A stretch of DNA of 64,000 bases from Vicugna vicugna (taxonomy: Eukaryota). The DNA lies in assembly GCA_013265495.1 (NCBI GenBank), contig MU063896.1:14498701-14562700 (forward strand), in the 5' to 3' direction. The notes under the pieces were generated by a model, which was not told the DNA's origin, did no database searches, and saw only the letters and a list, made by a program, of their open reading frames with translations. Below, piece after piece: positions 25,760 through 38,555 of this stretch (positions within the stretch are counted from its first letter, which is position 1; the number at the start of each line of letters is the position of its first letter). Made by a program: the position numbers and the translations under genes.

Positions 25760-25965
25760 TAGAGTTTGGGGTCAGACTGTGCAATTAACACAGGACTTCC
25801 TGACTTGAGTCCCTTCTCTGTCTCTCACTAGATGTGAGATGGTGACAAGTTAGTTGCCCTGCCAGAGCTCCCATTTCTTCATCTGTAAATTGCAGATAAT
25901 AGAAGGTGTCCACCTCAGAGGGTCACAGAAGGTAGATGAGCAGTGCCTTTAAAGCATTAAGTGCA
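25760..25965 (+). mobile_element. MIR SINE
   Basis: ggggtcagactg...gacaagttag...ccatttcttcatctgtaaattg. Confidence 0.6.
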
Positions 25966-25984
25966 GCATTATATATGCTTCTCT

Positions 25985-26115
25985 CTGTGATCCTATGAAA
26001 TTACTATTATTGTCCCCATTGTACAGATGAATAAACTGAGGCCTAGAGAAGATAAATAACTTGTCCAAGGATATTTATCTGGTAAGTGATAGTCAGGATT
26101 CTAACCAAGGCAGAT
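25985..26115 (-). mobile_element. MIR SINE
   Basis: ctattattgtccccattgtacagatgaataaactgaggcctagagaagataaataacttgtccaagg. Confidence 0.7.
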
Positions 26116-26346
26116 GGGTATTTAACCAAACACCATCTTTCATCTTTTCCCAAGACAGACAGTACTATATGTTATCTATTACTTGAGCTAACCATCTCTT
26201 TCCCAGTATATCGTCCACTTTCCCACTGATCAGCAGCCAAAGGGTTTGACTGGTACCTGGAGAAAACATCCAGGATCCTGCCCCAGCATCAGACCCACAA
26301 TCCATTCTGATTGGTCAGTCAAGACCTGCCTCTGTTCTGGTTCACT

Positions 26347-26348
<2 letters not shown>

Positions 26349-26382
<34 letters not shown>
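26349..26382. repeat. (CA)17 microsatellite
   Basis: direct reading. Confidence 0.95.
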
Positions 26383-26384
<2 letters not shown>

Positions 26385-27642
26385 ATCACCAAGTATTGTT
26401 TTTTTTTTGTTTTTTTGTTTTTTCCCTGTAAAACAAAGAAGATAAACTGGAATGGCCTCCCAAGATTCCACTTAAATGTTAAGTTCTACAGGCTTCATGG
26501 GCATCCACCCTCCCAGGCCCACCCCAGTCCCCACACGCCCACATAGATACATTTGTTTTACTAAGAGCTAATTTCCAACTTAACACACAATACTGAGAAT
26601 TAAAGTTTCACAAAGCAACTGCTAGGGGGAATGGCCTTAGGACGTATTGAAATTTGCTCATGTCATATGTCAGGTGACTAAGAAAATTAAATGCAGTACC
26701 CAGGAAAATAGAACATAGCCAGACGGGAATAATGACTGTCTTTCGGACACATGTTGAAACACAAGAGAATTAGTGCCCAGATTTCACCATGTTCCATGTG
26801 CATTTGTTAAAGGCTTCAGATCTCTCTAAACTTTGAACTACTGTGCACCAGCCAGAGACGGAAGCCAAGCCATTTGTGACTTGTAGTGGTTGCATCAGTT
26901 TCTCTGAAAATGCCTTTTCTTCTTAATTGAGAACTAGGATATTCCATTTTCAGAATAGTAGGATTCCTGTATTTTCCCTTTGTTGGACAGCACTGGCAAG
27001 GAAAGTTACCAGCTGGCACCTCTGTGTGGATACCTGTCCAGGAATCCTTTTTAAGTTTTCGGTTTTCACAGTGATGCTAATCTGAGTCTGGGCTATTGGA
27101 AATGAGGCTCTTCTGTAAAATGCTCTAGATTCTTATTTAGTCCCATTGCTGTCTTCTACACTGACCGTCCTTGGGATTTTGAGCTACTCAATTTCTTCAT
27201 GAGGTGGGTCTAGGTCCACAGAGGAGCAATGTCCAAGTTTCCCCTCCTGGCCTGAGTCATTTATTTCTAGCTGAAGCTCTCTCCTTAACGCTCACTGTTG
27301 TCTTGTCTTTCAGGAATCCTGCTCTTCCCTTTGTGTTGCGTGTGCTGAAGCTGGTTGGGGGGGTGAGGGAGTGCAGAGATCACTCGGAGAGGGCCATTTT
27401 GAGCATTTGTCCTTCATTGTAAGCTTAAGATTCCCATCTTAACTGAAGTTTCTGGCTTTTAAACCTCATCTTTAATCTTGTGATGCTTGATAAAGAAAGC
27501 AAAATAATGAGTTGATAAATAAATGTAATTACATGCTGCAATTACAAAAGCCATTTCTTCTGCAATTGATAACGTTCAAAAATGTGCAATAATAGTATTT
27601 AATTTGCACCAGTAGGTGAGAACCCTGAATCCTTCATTACGA

Positions 27643-27798
27643 NNNNNNNNNNNNNNNNNNNNNNNNNNNNNNNNNNNNNNNNNNNNNNNNNNNNNNNNNN
27701 NNNNNNNNNNNNNNNNNNNNNNNNNNNNNNNNNNNNNNNNNNNNNNNNNNNNNNNNNNNNNNNNNNNNNNNNNNNNNNNNNNNNNNNNNNNNNNNNNN
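27643..27798. other. assembly gap
   Basis: N run. Confidence 0.99.
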
Positions 27799-28409
27799 GA
27801 CCTTGCTTTGTCCATTCAGTGGTTTTGTGCACTTTATTTTTAATGGAAACCTGATAAGTAATTATAGAATTTTTTCACCGGAATTCACACCTGACTAAGT
27901 GCAGAAAGCTAACCTCTTTTCATGCTGGTTATTTAGTCTGTGTTTTACCTTGGCCATAACTCCCAATTAAATGCATTTCTTTAACCCTTAACAAAGCAAA
28001 ATATGGCACTTTACTGGCCACAAGTTCAAAGCAGGAGAGAGAGGGGGAAAATGGCTTAATAGCTAGAAATAAAAACACCAGTGAATTTTTCTTATGGATT
28101 CCTTCATGTCAAATTCATATCATGAGTGACTCCGAGTTTTCCCTTTAGATCATCTTGGCATGATCGAGGAGCAAAAATAAAAATGATTTCTAGTATATTC
28201 TTGAAGCGATTCCTTCTTTTGATGCTGCTTGTCAACTTAAAAGGGGTTATGAATCTCCAGAAACCTGCTTTCCTGACACCATCAGCAGTGTAGGCACCAG
28301 TTTTCAAATCAGACTGCAGTAACTGGTGCAGTTGGAGGGTTTTAAATCTCCACTAGAAAACCATTGCCATTTACAAACAACAAGCATTGTACTGAAATGG
28401 TGAAAAATG

Positions 28410-28535
28410 CACGTGCGTCATATTTAGAGTGATTGTGGAGGGGGATATAACAATACTTTTCAAGACTGTAAGCAATACGTATATTCATATCTTGTGCTAT
28501 TTATCTTGTAGATATACAGCCCGGGAAGTTCCCGG
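28410..28535. promoter_or_regulatory. motif cluster: E-box CACGTG overlapping CRE-like TGCGTCAT, plus palindromic kappaB site
   Basis: CACGTG 28410-28415, TGCGTCAT 28414-28421, GGGAAGTTCCC 28523-28533 inside CCGGGAA-G-TTCCCGG. Confidence 0.35.
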
Positions 28536-28727
28536 CTGCTGGCTGGTAGGTTAGCATTGAGAAGGAAAGATCCTGAGGTTTGTCACTGCCGTATATCACT
28601 GCAGCTGTGCCCTTTGATTACACTGGGGCACCACCAGTCATTAATAACCCGGAAAGCTTTTTGTCTGGCAAATGCATCGCTGTACGGTCCTTTCTTAACA
28701 CCTAGGCATCTTGGCGTGGTAGCGAAG
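28512..28727 (+). other. candidate cassette exon (216 nt, phase 0/0, open)
   Basis: tatttatcttgtag| and GAAG|GTAAAT; frame 0 open for 72 codons (IYSPGSSRLLAG...RHLGVVAK); the other two frames have early stops. Confidence 0.3.
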
Positions 28728-29429
28728 GTAAATTAAAGATTAAGATTGTTTATTTTATAGCACACTTGTAAATAGAAGTGAACTTTCCAGAGCCATACAA
28801 GAAAATGTATTTTTTTCCTGGTCCTGTAAACTTGGTACGTTTTCATATTTTGCATTTGCTCAAGGGAACCGAGTTATTAAGTCTCCCTTGGACAAATAAT
28901 ATGAGCACAATGTAATTACGATTTTAATTCCATCACTGTCACACTCATTTAGTTACTAGGGTGTTACAGAACAAGCTAACATCCAAGACAACAATTGCTG
29001 TACAGATTTAAAAACCCAAGCGTGTCTGTGATTGAAGGTTTCTTGAAGAGCATAATGTGAATAGAATTTGCAAAGCAGAATGTTTTCCAATGTGGAAAAC
29101 ACCCAATACGGTCAAATTTGATGCTCCTCGAATGTGTTGCTTTGACAAGTTCATACCAGTCTTCCAGGAAGTGATGCTTTCCCATCAAAAGTCATCCTAA
29201 AGTGGACTATTTGTGAGGTGCTTGATTCACATTAAATCAACTCACAAGAAACAGACTTATAAATGCCACCTCCCTGTGTGAAACATTACAACTTTTTAAA
29301 GGTGAGTACAATAACCACATTAGTTTACATCTATTTCATTTCATTTGTCACTAGAGTCCATTCCCTGCCTGGACTCTTACAATAACCTCTTCTGTTGTTT
29401 TCTTACCTCCAGTCCAACTTCCTTTAATT

Positions 29430-29695
29430 CAGAGGTTTTCAAAGTAGGAGATTTTCACAACCCATTAGTGGGTGGTGAAATCAATTTAGTGTTCCCCTGT
29501 TAACATATTTTTAAAAAGTAAGAAAAAAAGAAAACAGACTGGGACAAAGCATATTGCAGCACATTGCACAGGGTAGGGGTAACGGCTCTCTCTTCTTCAG
29601 TCATGTGTGTGTGTCTGCATACTCTTACTCTCATTGGTTCCAGATGTAAATTGTACTTCTTCTGTAGGTCCCGATAAACAAGTTTTAAAACTTCG
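29430..29695 (+). mobile_element. hAT-Charlie family MITE
   Basis: cccattagtgggtggtgaaatcaatttagtg...gatgtaaattgtacttcttctgtaggtcccg. Confidence 0.5.
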
Positions 29696-30369
29696 ACTCT
29701 CATCTGTGCTTCCCAAAGTGTAAAATGCTTCTAGGCAATTTGGGCTTATGACATGGGGTCATGTGATGAGAAATTTCTTGCTGTTTCTCTTCTTTATCCA
29801 GACAATCTAAGTGGGTCAAGAAGAAAGTCTCAGGTTGCTGCTATAGTGTATCCTGAACACTCATCAGAAACTTTCTAAACTACTTTTTGGTTTTGTTTTT
29901 TAACAAAATTAGAACAGTTCTCAAACGCAATATATTGGATAAGAAAAGCATCTGGACTAAATGTTACACTGTTTTGTTGATCTTGCATCTGTTGTGTTCA
30001 TGTTTAAGGCAAATGATACTGCCTCTCCATTGATGCCTGTGATATCCAGTTTATTTTAAAATAATCCCAGTAAAAAAGACTGCCAGGGTAATGAAAAATA
30101 TTAAGGAATTTAGAGTACAGGGGCAACATGGTTAGGGCAAAAATTATGGTGGGCATATGAAAATCTCTAAATTTTTGGCTGAAGTTGGGACAACACTATG
30201 AATCAAGTTTTAAAATGATTTCCAGGATAATCTTTCTCAAATCAAATCAAATTCCACCATCTCCTCTATGCAGAATTCCTCCGCACTGTTACACTGAATG
30301 TAGGAGCTGATGCCTCCCTCCTTTTTCTAAATTCGTCTTCTTCGACAACCCCACTAACAGCCAAGCCAA

Positions 30370-30730
30370 CAGTGTGCTCTGTTCCACCTGTGTGCCTTTG
30401 CTCACTCTGCACCTGCCCCGGGGATGCCGGCCACCCCTCCCCACCACGAGCTCCTCCTCACCCCACGAGGCTCAGCTCAAGTACGAAGACTCCAGGTCCC
30501 TCCCGGTGAGCCCGGCAGGCCAGTCTCCATTCTCACGTAGCAGCTTATTCACACCCCTGAGATATCATTTATTACAGTCCTTGTAACGACTTCTCGGTCT
30601 CTTTTTTTACATTTTTTATTTATCCCAAAGCACAAAGTGCTTTATTTATCTTTGTCTTTGAAGTATCTAAGATAGTTCTTGGTGCCCACTACGGTAGGCA
30701 CACACAAACATCTAAGAACGCATTCATTCC
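30370..30730 (+). mobile_element. L2 3' fragment
   Basis: tgtgcctttgctcactctg...ggctcagctcaag...ggtaggcac...cattcattc. Confidence 0.55.
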
Positions 30731-30842
30731 TTATTATGAAGATACACTTGGCTAAGACCAGGACCAGCCATAACGTAGGAGCAGGTTATAGATCCTAAAT
30801 TTGCTTCGTCAGTACAGAAGGCCAAAGGGGATTTGAACTTAG

Positions 30843-31055
30843 TAACAATAATGGTCATAACAATAGTAACCTGGCCCTGTACGTGCTTTATCTCATTTAG
30901 TCTTTATACACCCCCAGAGGGAGGCGCTCTGATTGCCCTCAGTGTGGAAACAGAGGCTCAGCAAGGCTAGGTCACTGGTCCAAGGCCAACAGCTGATCAG
31001 CGGTGGAAGTGGGATCCAGACCCCAGACTGCGTGCCCCCAGAGCCTGTCCCCAGG
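30843..31055 (-). mobile_element. MIR SINE
   Basis: tatctcatttagtc...ggaaacagaggctcag...gtccaaggccaacagctg...gggatccagacccc. Confidence 0.65.
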
Positions 31056-32148
31056 CACCAGACTGTGTGCCAACGTGGATCAATTGCCTTTTACTCTCTG
31101 GGGGGAGTGGGATTGGCATCAGGAAACTGCTTCCCCTGGCTCTGCCCCTGTTGGGCCAGGCCGCCACCCTGTGTCTGCTGAGACCAGTCTGCACCTTGGC
31201 CCTGATCACCGGTCACCGCTTTGTCTCCCAGGCTTCCCAAGCAGTCGGCCTCCCTGCCTTCTGGCTCTTAAGTTGTTCCCCAAACTTGATTCTGCCCCAC
31301 TGGCCTGACTTCAGGCCTCCCTCTTAACCACCTGGTTCACAAAGCAGCGTCACATCCTGGTTAGAACAGGACTCGGCGGCCAGGACGCTGAACGGTAGAA
31401 CTCAGCTGTTTGACTCAGGCAAGATCCTTAACCTCTCTGTCTCCTCACGAGTAAGTGGCTTATTGTCTTAGATGTGCTTAGAACCATGCCTGGCACAAGT
31501 AAATACCAGGAGTGCTTATTGACTTGAGTGCAAACCCTCTGGCTCATGCTGTTGCCTACTGTTCCAGGTAAACATTTTGCTCGGTCGAATGCCCTTAATC
31601 CCTCTTAGATGTACCATGGAAGCTACCTTTGTCAGAACACTGACTGTCATCTGGTATGGTATAATTTTTCTTTCATCCTTAGACAGTCCCCACTTTCGGG
31701 TCGGGACTGCGCTAAGTGCAAGGAAACAAGAACAGATGAATAATGCAGTCTTCGTCCTCAGGGAGCTTAAGATTGGTCAAAAAGCGAAACGAAACACAAG
31801 CATTGTCCCTGCCATGTGGCATGCTGGGCGTCCCCAGGAGGGAAGTGAGAACAAGTTTGGGCGTGTGGGATGGGTTAGGCCCTGAGGGAGCCACAGGCGG
31901 CCTCCAGACTGGCCCCTTCCTGGGGAACGTCAGCAGTTTAATGTGCCCAGTGCCAGAGGCATAGCAAACTCAGATATGACCAGGGCTCTGAGGCAAAGCG
32001 GGTAGGGTGGGGCAGGGCTTGGCAGGGGGTACTCCTAGAGAGGGCAGTTCTTGGAGTCAGGTAAGATGCTTTAGGGTCACCCACAGAGGTCTGCTGAGGT
32101 CAGGGAAAAGCCAGTGTTTACTCAGCTTCTCTCCTGCTTGTTAGTTGG

Positions 32149-32688
32149 TGTGATGGTTAATTTTATGTGTCATCTTTGGCTGGGCCACAGGGTGCCTAGA
32201 TATCTCTGGTTAGCCAGCATTACTGGGTGTGTCTGTGTGGGCGTTTACAGAGGACGTGAGCATTTGAGGCCATAAACTAAGTTAAGCAGTTTCCCCTCAA
32301 TGTGAATGGGCCTCATCCAACCCACTGAGGGACTGAATAAAACAAAAAGAGGGAAGGAGGAAAAATGCACTCTCTCTGCCTGACTGCTTCGCAACATCAG
32401 CCTTCTGCCTTTAGTCTGGGACTTGAACTATTTTTTTTTTTAAATTTTGTGGGGGTACTTACAGTACCTTCCAGTTCTCAGACCTTGAGATTTGGAGTGG
32501 AACTCACATCACTGGTTCTCCTGGTTCTCAGGCTGTGGGACTCGGACTGGGACTACACCACTGACTCTCCTATGTCTCCAGCTTGCAGAAGGCAGATTGG
32601 GGGACCTCAGCCTGGTAATCGTGTGAGCCAATTCCCTGTCTTATATATATTTATATATATATAACCCTGGAGAACACTGGCCAATACA
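32149..32688 (+). mobile_element. ERVL MLT2 solo LTR, complete
   Basis: TGTGATGGTTAATTTTATGTGTCA start, ...CCCTGGAGAACACTGGCCAATACA end, 5-bp TSD gttgg/gttag, internal ggactcggactgggac repeats. Confidence 0.9.
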
Positions 32689-33676
32689 GTTAGGGATCTG
32701 CCTGCTTGATGCCTATTCTGTACTGAAGGCAGTGGCAGGAAGTAAGAAGAAGTTGAGCGTCCTGTTCAATCAGCAATCAATCACTGTTTTAGCAGTGATT
32801 TCTTCTTTGTTGGGGGTGATCCCAGACAATGCGGCAGTAAGGTAGGCCTAGTAAGATGTTAGTCTCAGTATGATTTCAGCAGATGGAGATGGAACAGGAA
32901 CACAATTCCTGTGGATGGAAAGGAGGGAGCAAAGATACAGGGGTGAGGGAGCAGAAGGTGAGAAAGAGATATATTTAGAAAAATTTAGGTTCAGAAGTTG
33001 GGAAACTTAGCTAGCAAAAATGTTACATTGTCTCTAGAATAATCACATTAATGTTCTTGTCTAGAGGTAATGTGGACCTGTTCATAATCTCCAGAGGAAT
33101 TCACTGCTTAAGTATCCCTTTTCAACACCAACCCTCTGTCAGTCACAGACTCTGTGTCATTGGTCCCTAATAATGAAGAGGTCGTGTGTTAGTGTGGGGA
33201 CAGATATCAGAACTGATGAGGGAGGATTTTATTTCTAAAAGACCATTACTCCACCCCAGCCCTCGATGGCAGTCAGTTCATCTCTGCTCCCAAGAGGAAA
33301 AATCACTAGATTCTAGAGCTCAATTTTGGCCAAACACAAGGTTGCATTCGATGATAACTAAGATCTCTGGGTTCAGAGTCCAGGATTCTTTTCTCAATGC
33401 TTGTTTATGCTGAAAACATCGTTTCTGATATTTTGAAAAGTTAGAAATACTTTAACTAGAAAGCAGCTACCACCTTTTCCATCTCACAACAGAATATTTG
33501 TATTAGCTGTCTTGGGAATGGATTACAAATTATTCTAATAACTCTGTATTACATACTTACTGTATAGAAGGCAGGCAATGTGCCAGAAAGCAGGAGATAT
33601 AAATGAGTGTGATGTCATCCCTTACCTCAAGGAAATCACAGTCTAATGGGAGTAATGCTTAAACACACAAATGCGT

Positions 33677-34150
33677 GAGGCAGCATAACAATGGTTGAGA
33701 GGGCGGTCTTTAGATGGTGGTTTACTGGTAAACATTTAACAATTGGTGATCTGGAGCAAAAATCAGTTGCACTGATTGCAACTCATGGCTGTTTCTGTGG
33801 TGTAGATGCTTTCACTATAGCCTTTTTTCAGCTGTCAATATGACGTCACTGAATGCAGAGCTGGAAAGAGACGCTAACAGTGGGCTCTCTCTAGCTGGTA
33901 CAAGTCCGCTCCGCACAGCACCAGCTGTAGAGATGATCCGTCTAGTCTTGAGTCTCAGCTCTGTCACGTGCTAGTTGTGCTAGTGGTTTTGTAACGCCTG
34001 TAGCTTTAGTATCTTCATCGAGAAAGTGGGACTATAGTAGTACTTATCTCACAGAATTATTCAAAGTTTCCATAAGATAAGCCATGTAAAGCATTTAGAG
34101 CTGTGTCTGGTGCATGATCTCAGTAAGTATGAACTGTAATGATTATGATT
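33677..34150 (+). mobile_element. MIR SINE interrupted by MER63-like element
   Basis: 5' gcagcataacaatggttgagag; 3' tcttgagtctcagctctgtcac...cttatctcacag...gtaaagcatttag. Confidence 0.65.
33714..33927 (-). mobile_element. hAT-Blackjack MITE (MER63-like)
   Basis: tggtaaacatttaacaattgg...tgacgtcactgaatgcagagctggaaagag...cagcacc; terminal inverted repeats recognisable. Confidence 0.65.
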
Positions 34151-35279
34151 AAATACAAAGAGGATGGAGAGATGGCTTCCAGGCAGAGGATTCCAGGATT
34201 TAAGAGGGAGGTAATATTTTTTTTTTTCTACAGGTAGGGAGGATGGGGATTGTGGAAGGGGAATCTTAAGAATTGGGGACAAGCATGGAAAAGCCAGGCA
34301 GGTAAGAAAGTACCAGTTGTATTCTGAAAATTCTGCAGAGTTCGGTTAAGCTGGAATACAGTGGTTACCTATGAAGGAGCAGGCATTAGGCTGGGCCGCG
34401 TTGTGGGAGTCTGGAACGCCGGATCAGACTTCCCCTCGGGGCAGTGGGAATTTAGATGCAGTGACTATGCAGATCCAGAAAAGTGACTATTTAGATGTAT
34501 TCCTAACAAAACTTCTTAAAACTAAGGTGACACAAATGTCCACATGAAGTGAGGTGACTGCTTTAAGTCACCTCTTGGGAATACACGCTTATTCTATCAT
34601 TAAAAACAAGTACTGGCTGGCTCCAGTTGAGTCTGGCACACAACTAAATAATACCAAGGCAGCTCCCAGGTTCCATTTCTTGTCCAGGACTCCAGCTGGA
34701 AACACAGCTGGGCCAAAGAAAGTTTTCAGATGGGCGTATCTTATATAACCTAGAACTCACACCAATACAACTTCGTATCTGGTAGATGTTATGCAGAGAT
34801 ATATGAGCTCACTGAGTGGGGTCTGCAGTTCACAGAATCACTAATACAAAATAAATTGCTGCCCTTTAGAAATGACTTGCAAATAGAACTTCCTCAAATA
34901 TTATGGGGTAGGGGAAGAGTATTACTTTCTTCAGAGCTGATTGAGGGAAAAAATTGCTCAGTTGGTACTGTTTTCCAGAATGTCAACTCTTTAGAAAACA
35001 CTTTATTTTAAAACGGTTCATTTGCGCTGAAGCTAATTTCTATCATTTCAGGCTTTGTTTTGTAAACAATGTTCAAGGAGCCCAGTTTTGTTTAACAGTT
35101 TACAAATTGCCCTAAATCACACTATTTTAAAAAATAGCCTTAACATTTGTGCACCGCTTACCAGTTTAAAAAAATACACTCACATACATTGTCTCACTTA
35201 ATCCTCAGAGTAGCCCTATGAGATGGAAATGATAGCGCTTTGGAGTTGGAAGGGGTCTGTGAGATCAAGTTAAGGACCC

Positions 35280-35760
35280 TCATTCTTCATTCATTTCAAC
35301 AAATATTTGTCATATGTGTGCTTAACAGAAACTGTGCCAGAATTACCCTTGGTGAATAAGAGCGAGGAGGTTCCTAGTCTCAAAAAATTTACATTCTCAA
35401 TGGGAGGCAGACAATAAGCAAATGAACAAATTATCAAGATGATTAAAGATGGTGGTATGTGCTCTGAAGGGAATAAACAGAGTTCTGTAATAGGGACGCT
35501 TGGGTGGAAAACTGTACTTTAAATATCATTGTTAGGAGTTGACATTTGAACTGAGACTTGAACTGTGAGAAGGAGCCAGTCATTGGAGACTTTGGGACAG
35601 AGCATTCCAGACAGAGAACAGCAAGCATGAAGGCCAGCGTGGCCGTGACGGGACGTGGTTAAGAGAACAAAGGAGGCTGGTGTGGCTGAGCAAGATGAGC
35701 ACAGGGAGAGGGGTGTGGATGAAGCAGGAGGCATGGGCTAGGATCAGCTCCCTGAGGACT
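35280..35760 (-). mobile_element. L2 3' end
   Basis: ttcattcatttcaacaaatattt...tttacattctcaatgggaggcagac...gacatttgaactgagacttg...cattccagacagagaacagc. Confidence 0.8.
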
Positions 35761-36329
35761 TTGGGTTTCAACCCAAGCCACGGGTAGAGGCCATGGTGAG
35801 GTATGCATCTGCTGGGTGGAGAATGAACTTGTGGATGTACCAAGAGTGTCAGCAGTCAGACCAGTTAGAGGAAAACTAATATAGCTGGTAGCAAAATCAG
35901 TTCCAGAACCCAGGTTTTCTTGTCATTTTACAGATAAGGAAATGTCCAAGGGACTTTAATTACTGTTTAAACAGGAGCATCTGGAAAATTTATCATCTTG
36001 CCAGCTTTCAGGAAAAAATATTGCTGTGGAAGGCTTTTGTGTGTGTGTGCGTGTTCAAAAAATTGAGAGCAGTCTTAAAGTTCGCATCGTCTGTAACTCA
36101 CGTCAACAAGCACGTGTTGCAGAGTCACCAGGTCTGTGTGCGTGGCAGCCTGCCCTGCTGGCTCCTTCGTCTCCGTTCTTTTCCTTTCTCCTTGCCCACA
36201 CACCTCAGTGGCAGTGTGCCCAGATAACACACCTGTTTTCCAATCTCCTTTGGTCAAAACTATGTTACTCTAAATAGAATTACTTAGTAAAGTAATTCTT
36301 AGTCAGATTACTCTTACTTCAAGTAGAAT

Positions 36330-36590
36330 TTCACTGAGGATTTCTGGGAAATTTTCTTTTCCTGATTCAGGCTCCACTTCTTCCTGTATCCTTGCCATCA
36401 TCTCCTTCCTCACTTGAAGCCAGGCGGATGAAAGCCCCAAGCTAAAATGGCAGAGCAAGAAGCTGGAGGGATGGTTTAAAAGCTGCTGTACCACATTACT
36501 TGTGAACTTTATGATATATGAGGAAATACTGGGTAAGCCGCTGTATTTGGATTTTTGTTAAATGCAGCTGAACACATCTGAACTATTGTA
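36330..36590 (+). mobile_element. MaLR LTR 3' part (MLT1-like)
   Basis: gtaagccgctgtatttggatttttgttaaatgcagctgaacac terminal motif. Confidence 0.5.
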
Positions 36591-38335
36591 CTGTCCTAGA
36601 GGGAGACAGAAATAAATTAATACACAGTGACTACAAACCAACGTAAACAGCTCATGAAAATATGAGATGGGGTGTTGACTAAGTGCTAGCATCAGGCAAA
36701 GTGAGAGCTGTGGGTTTTCCTAAACAAAGGAGGTGTTTTTCTAAATAAAGCAGTAGTAATACTTTCTTCAGAAGGAATTAAGCCATGAGCTTTTGTGATA
36801 ATTTTCCCACCCAGGTAGGCCCAAGAACCAAGGAGTTCTGGGGCCATCAGCATGTGAACTACACCAGGAGAGGGAGCCCTGGAGGATGTCCAATTAACCT
36901 GCAGTCAATCAGCTGCAAATTAACTCAAAGAGATGTCAAGAGGTCTAGGTGAGTTAGAGCTTCCTTCGCAGGTTGTGAATCTCCCTAAGGTTGCTCTAGA
37001 GTCGGCTCAAGGAGCTCCTGGTCTCTCTTTTTGGATTAGATTTACAGCACGTCTTCCTTCAGTGATGGGCCTCTGAAGATCACCCCATTCTCAATCTAGG
37101 GATCTCCATGGCTAACCAAAATGGACATAAGTGAGTACTTCCCGTGTCATTTCTCTCCATGACTGCCTGAAGACATTGTCTGGCCCCATCTGAGTCCTTT
37201 GGCAGCTATTCACCAGCACCGTTTGGGTCAGTGAGCAAAGAATGTACTCATGTCCTCATTTTCCCACATTAGATTTGCATTTTCTCTCTTACACATAGAT
37301 ACACATAGACACCGGACTATAAACATAAAGGCAAAGTCCATTTGTAATGATTACTCTGTGATTCCCAGGCCCAGTCCAACATAAAGTTTTATGTGTTATT
37401 CCATACGTAGTCACTGTATTTCTGACTCAGACTCAGAGTTCTCTCACCTCCCATAGAAAAGGCTGGATAGCAAGTTACTAAGTGAGTTTATAGGGACGAG
37501 AGGAGCCCCAGGCTATCCACCCCCGCTCAAGGTGCCCCAGATGCATGCCCGCTGCACACACCCACGGGTCGACTCCACTGCACCGCACAATCCACAAGGG
37601 CATCGCTCATAACTACAAGCTGTGACATGGAAACGCATTTTCACTTTCGTGCCAGCCAGCCATCAATCCATCTCCATAGCCCACGTTACCGTGTTCAGAT
37701 TCCAGATTCCAGTTATTTCAAAACCCTTTTAGTTTACAGGGTATCTGGGAAAATAAAACATGAGGGAGGTTACAAAGAAAGCCTGCTATGACCCAGCCCT
37801 CTCACACAGCCACAGCCCTGCCGGCCAGACTGTCATCCCAAGAGACCAGTTGTGGAGGGGGCTTGAGTGCTTTCCGAGGGGTTACGTGCTGAGTGACGAG
37901 GGCACCTTACATGTTTCAGTGGCTAAAATATCCCCTCGTAAGCAACTTATGCTGTGGTGTTAAAGACATTATTTGTATGAGACGTGAAAATTGGTCATGG
38001 CTCACGTTTGGGGAATACCGCCACCAAGGTCATTTATTTTTCTTTTAAACAAAAAGCATCTTAACATATTTCTTGACATTCTTTGGCTTCTTGTCCAAAT
38101 GGTGTCTCGGGGAACCCTGGCTTTGTGATCTTTACTGGGTCTAGGGTGGGGACTTGCGGTGATTTTTGAGCTGGAGTGGGGGGAGAGGAGGAAAATATGG
38201 GTGAGTTTGTTATCAGGCGGCAGGGATATACTTTTCAAAAACGCACAGCATCTTGAAAGTTTGGTTTCCCATCACCATTTATATTCCTGAGAAATAGACG
38301 CGTCTCTCACTCCGCAGCAGTGTTTCATGACATTT

Positions 38336-38555
38336 NNNNNNNNNNNNNNNNNNNNNNNNNNNNNNNNNNNNNNNNNNNNNNNNNNNNNNNNNNNNNNNNN
38401 NNNNNNNNNNNNNNNNNNNNNNNNNNNNNNNNNNNNNNNNNNNNNNNNNNNNNNNNNNNNNNNNNNNNNNNNNNNNNNNNNNNNNNNNNNNNNNNNNNNN
38501 NNNNNNNNNNNNNNNNNNNNNNNNNNNNNNNNNNNNNNNNNNNNNNNNNNNNNNN
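38336..38555. other. assembly gap
   Basis: N run. Confidence 0.99.

Noticed and set aside
25860-26040. Inverted MIR pair forming a hairpin
   Set aside because: Only about 10 bp of perfect pairing (ttcatctgta/tacagatgaa); common for neighbouring MIRs
27314-27362. 49-nt exon candidate (ttgtctttcag|...GGG|GTGAGG)
   Set aside because: Not frame-preserving, peptide unrecognised, donor lies in a G-run; too weak to list
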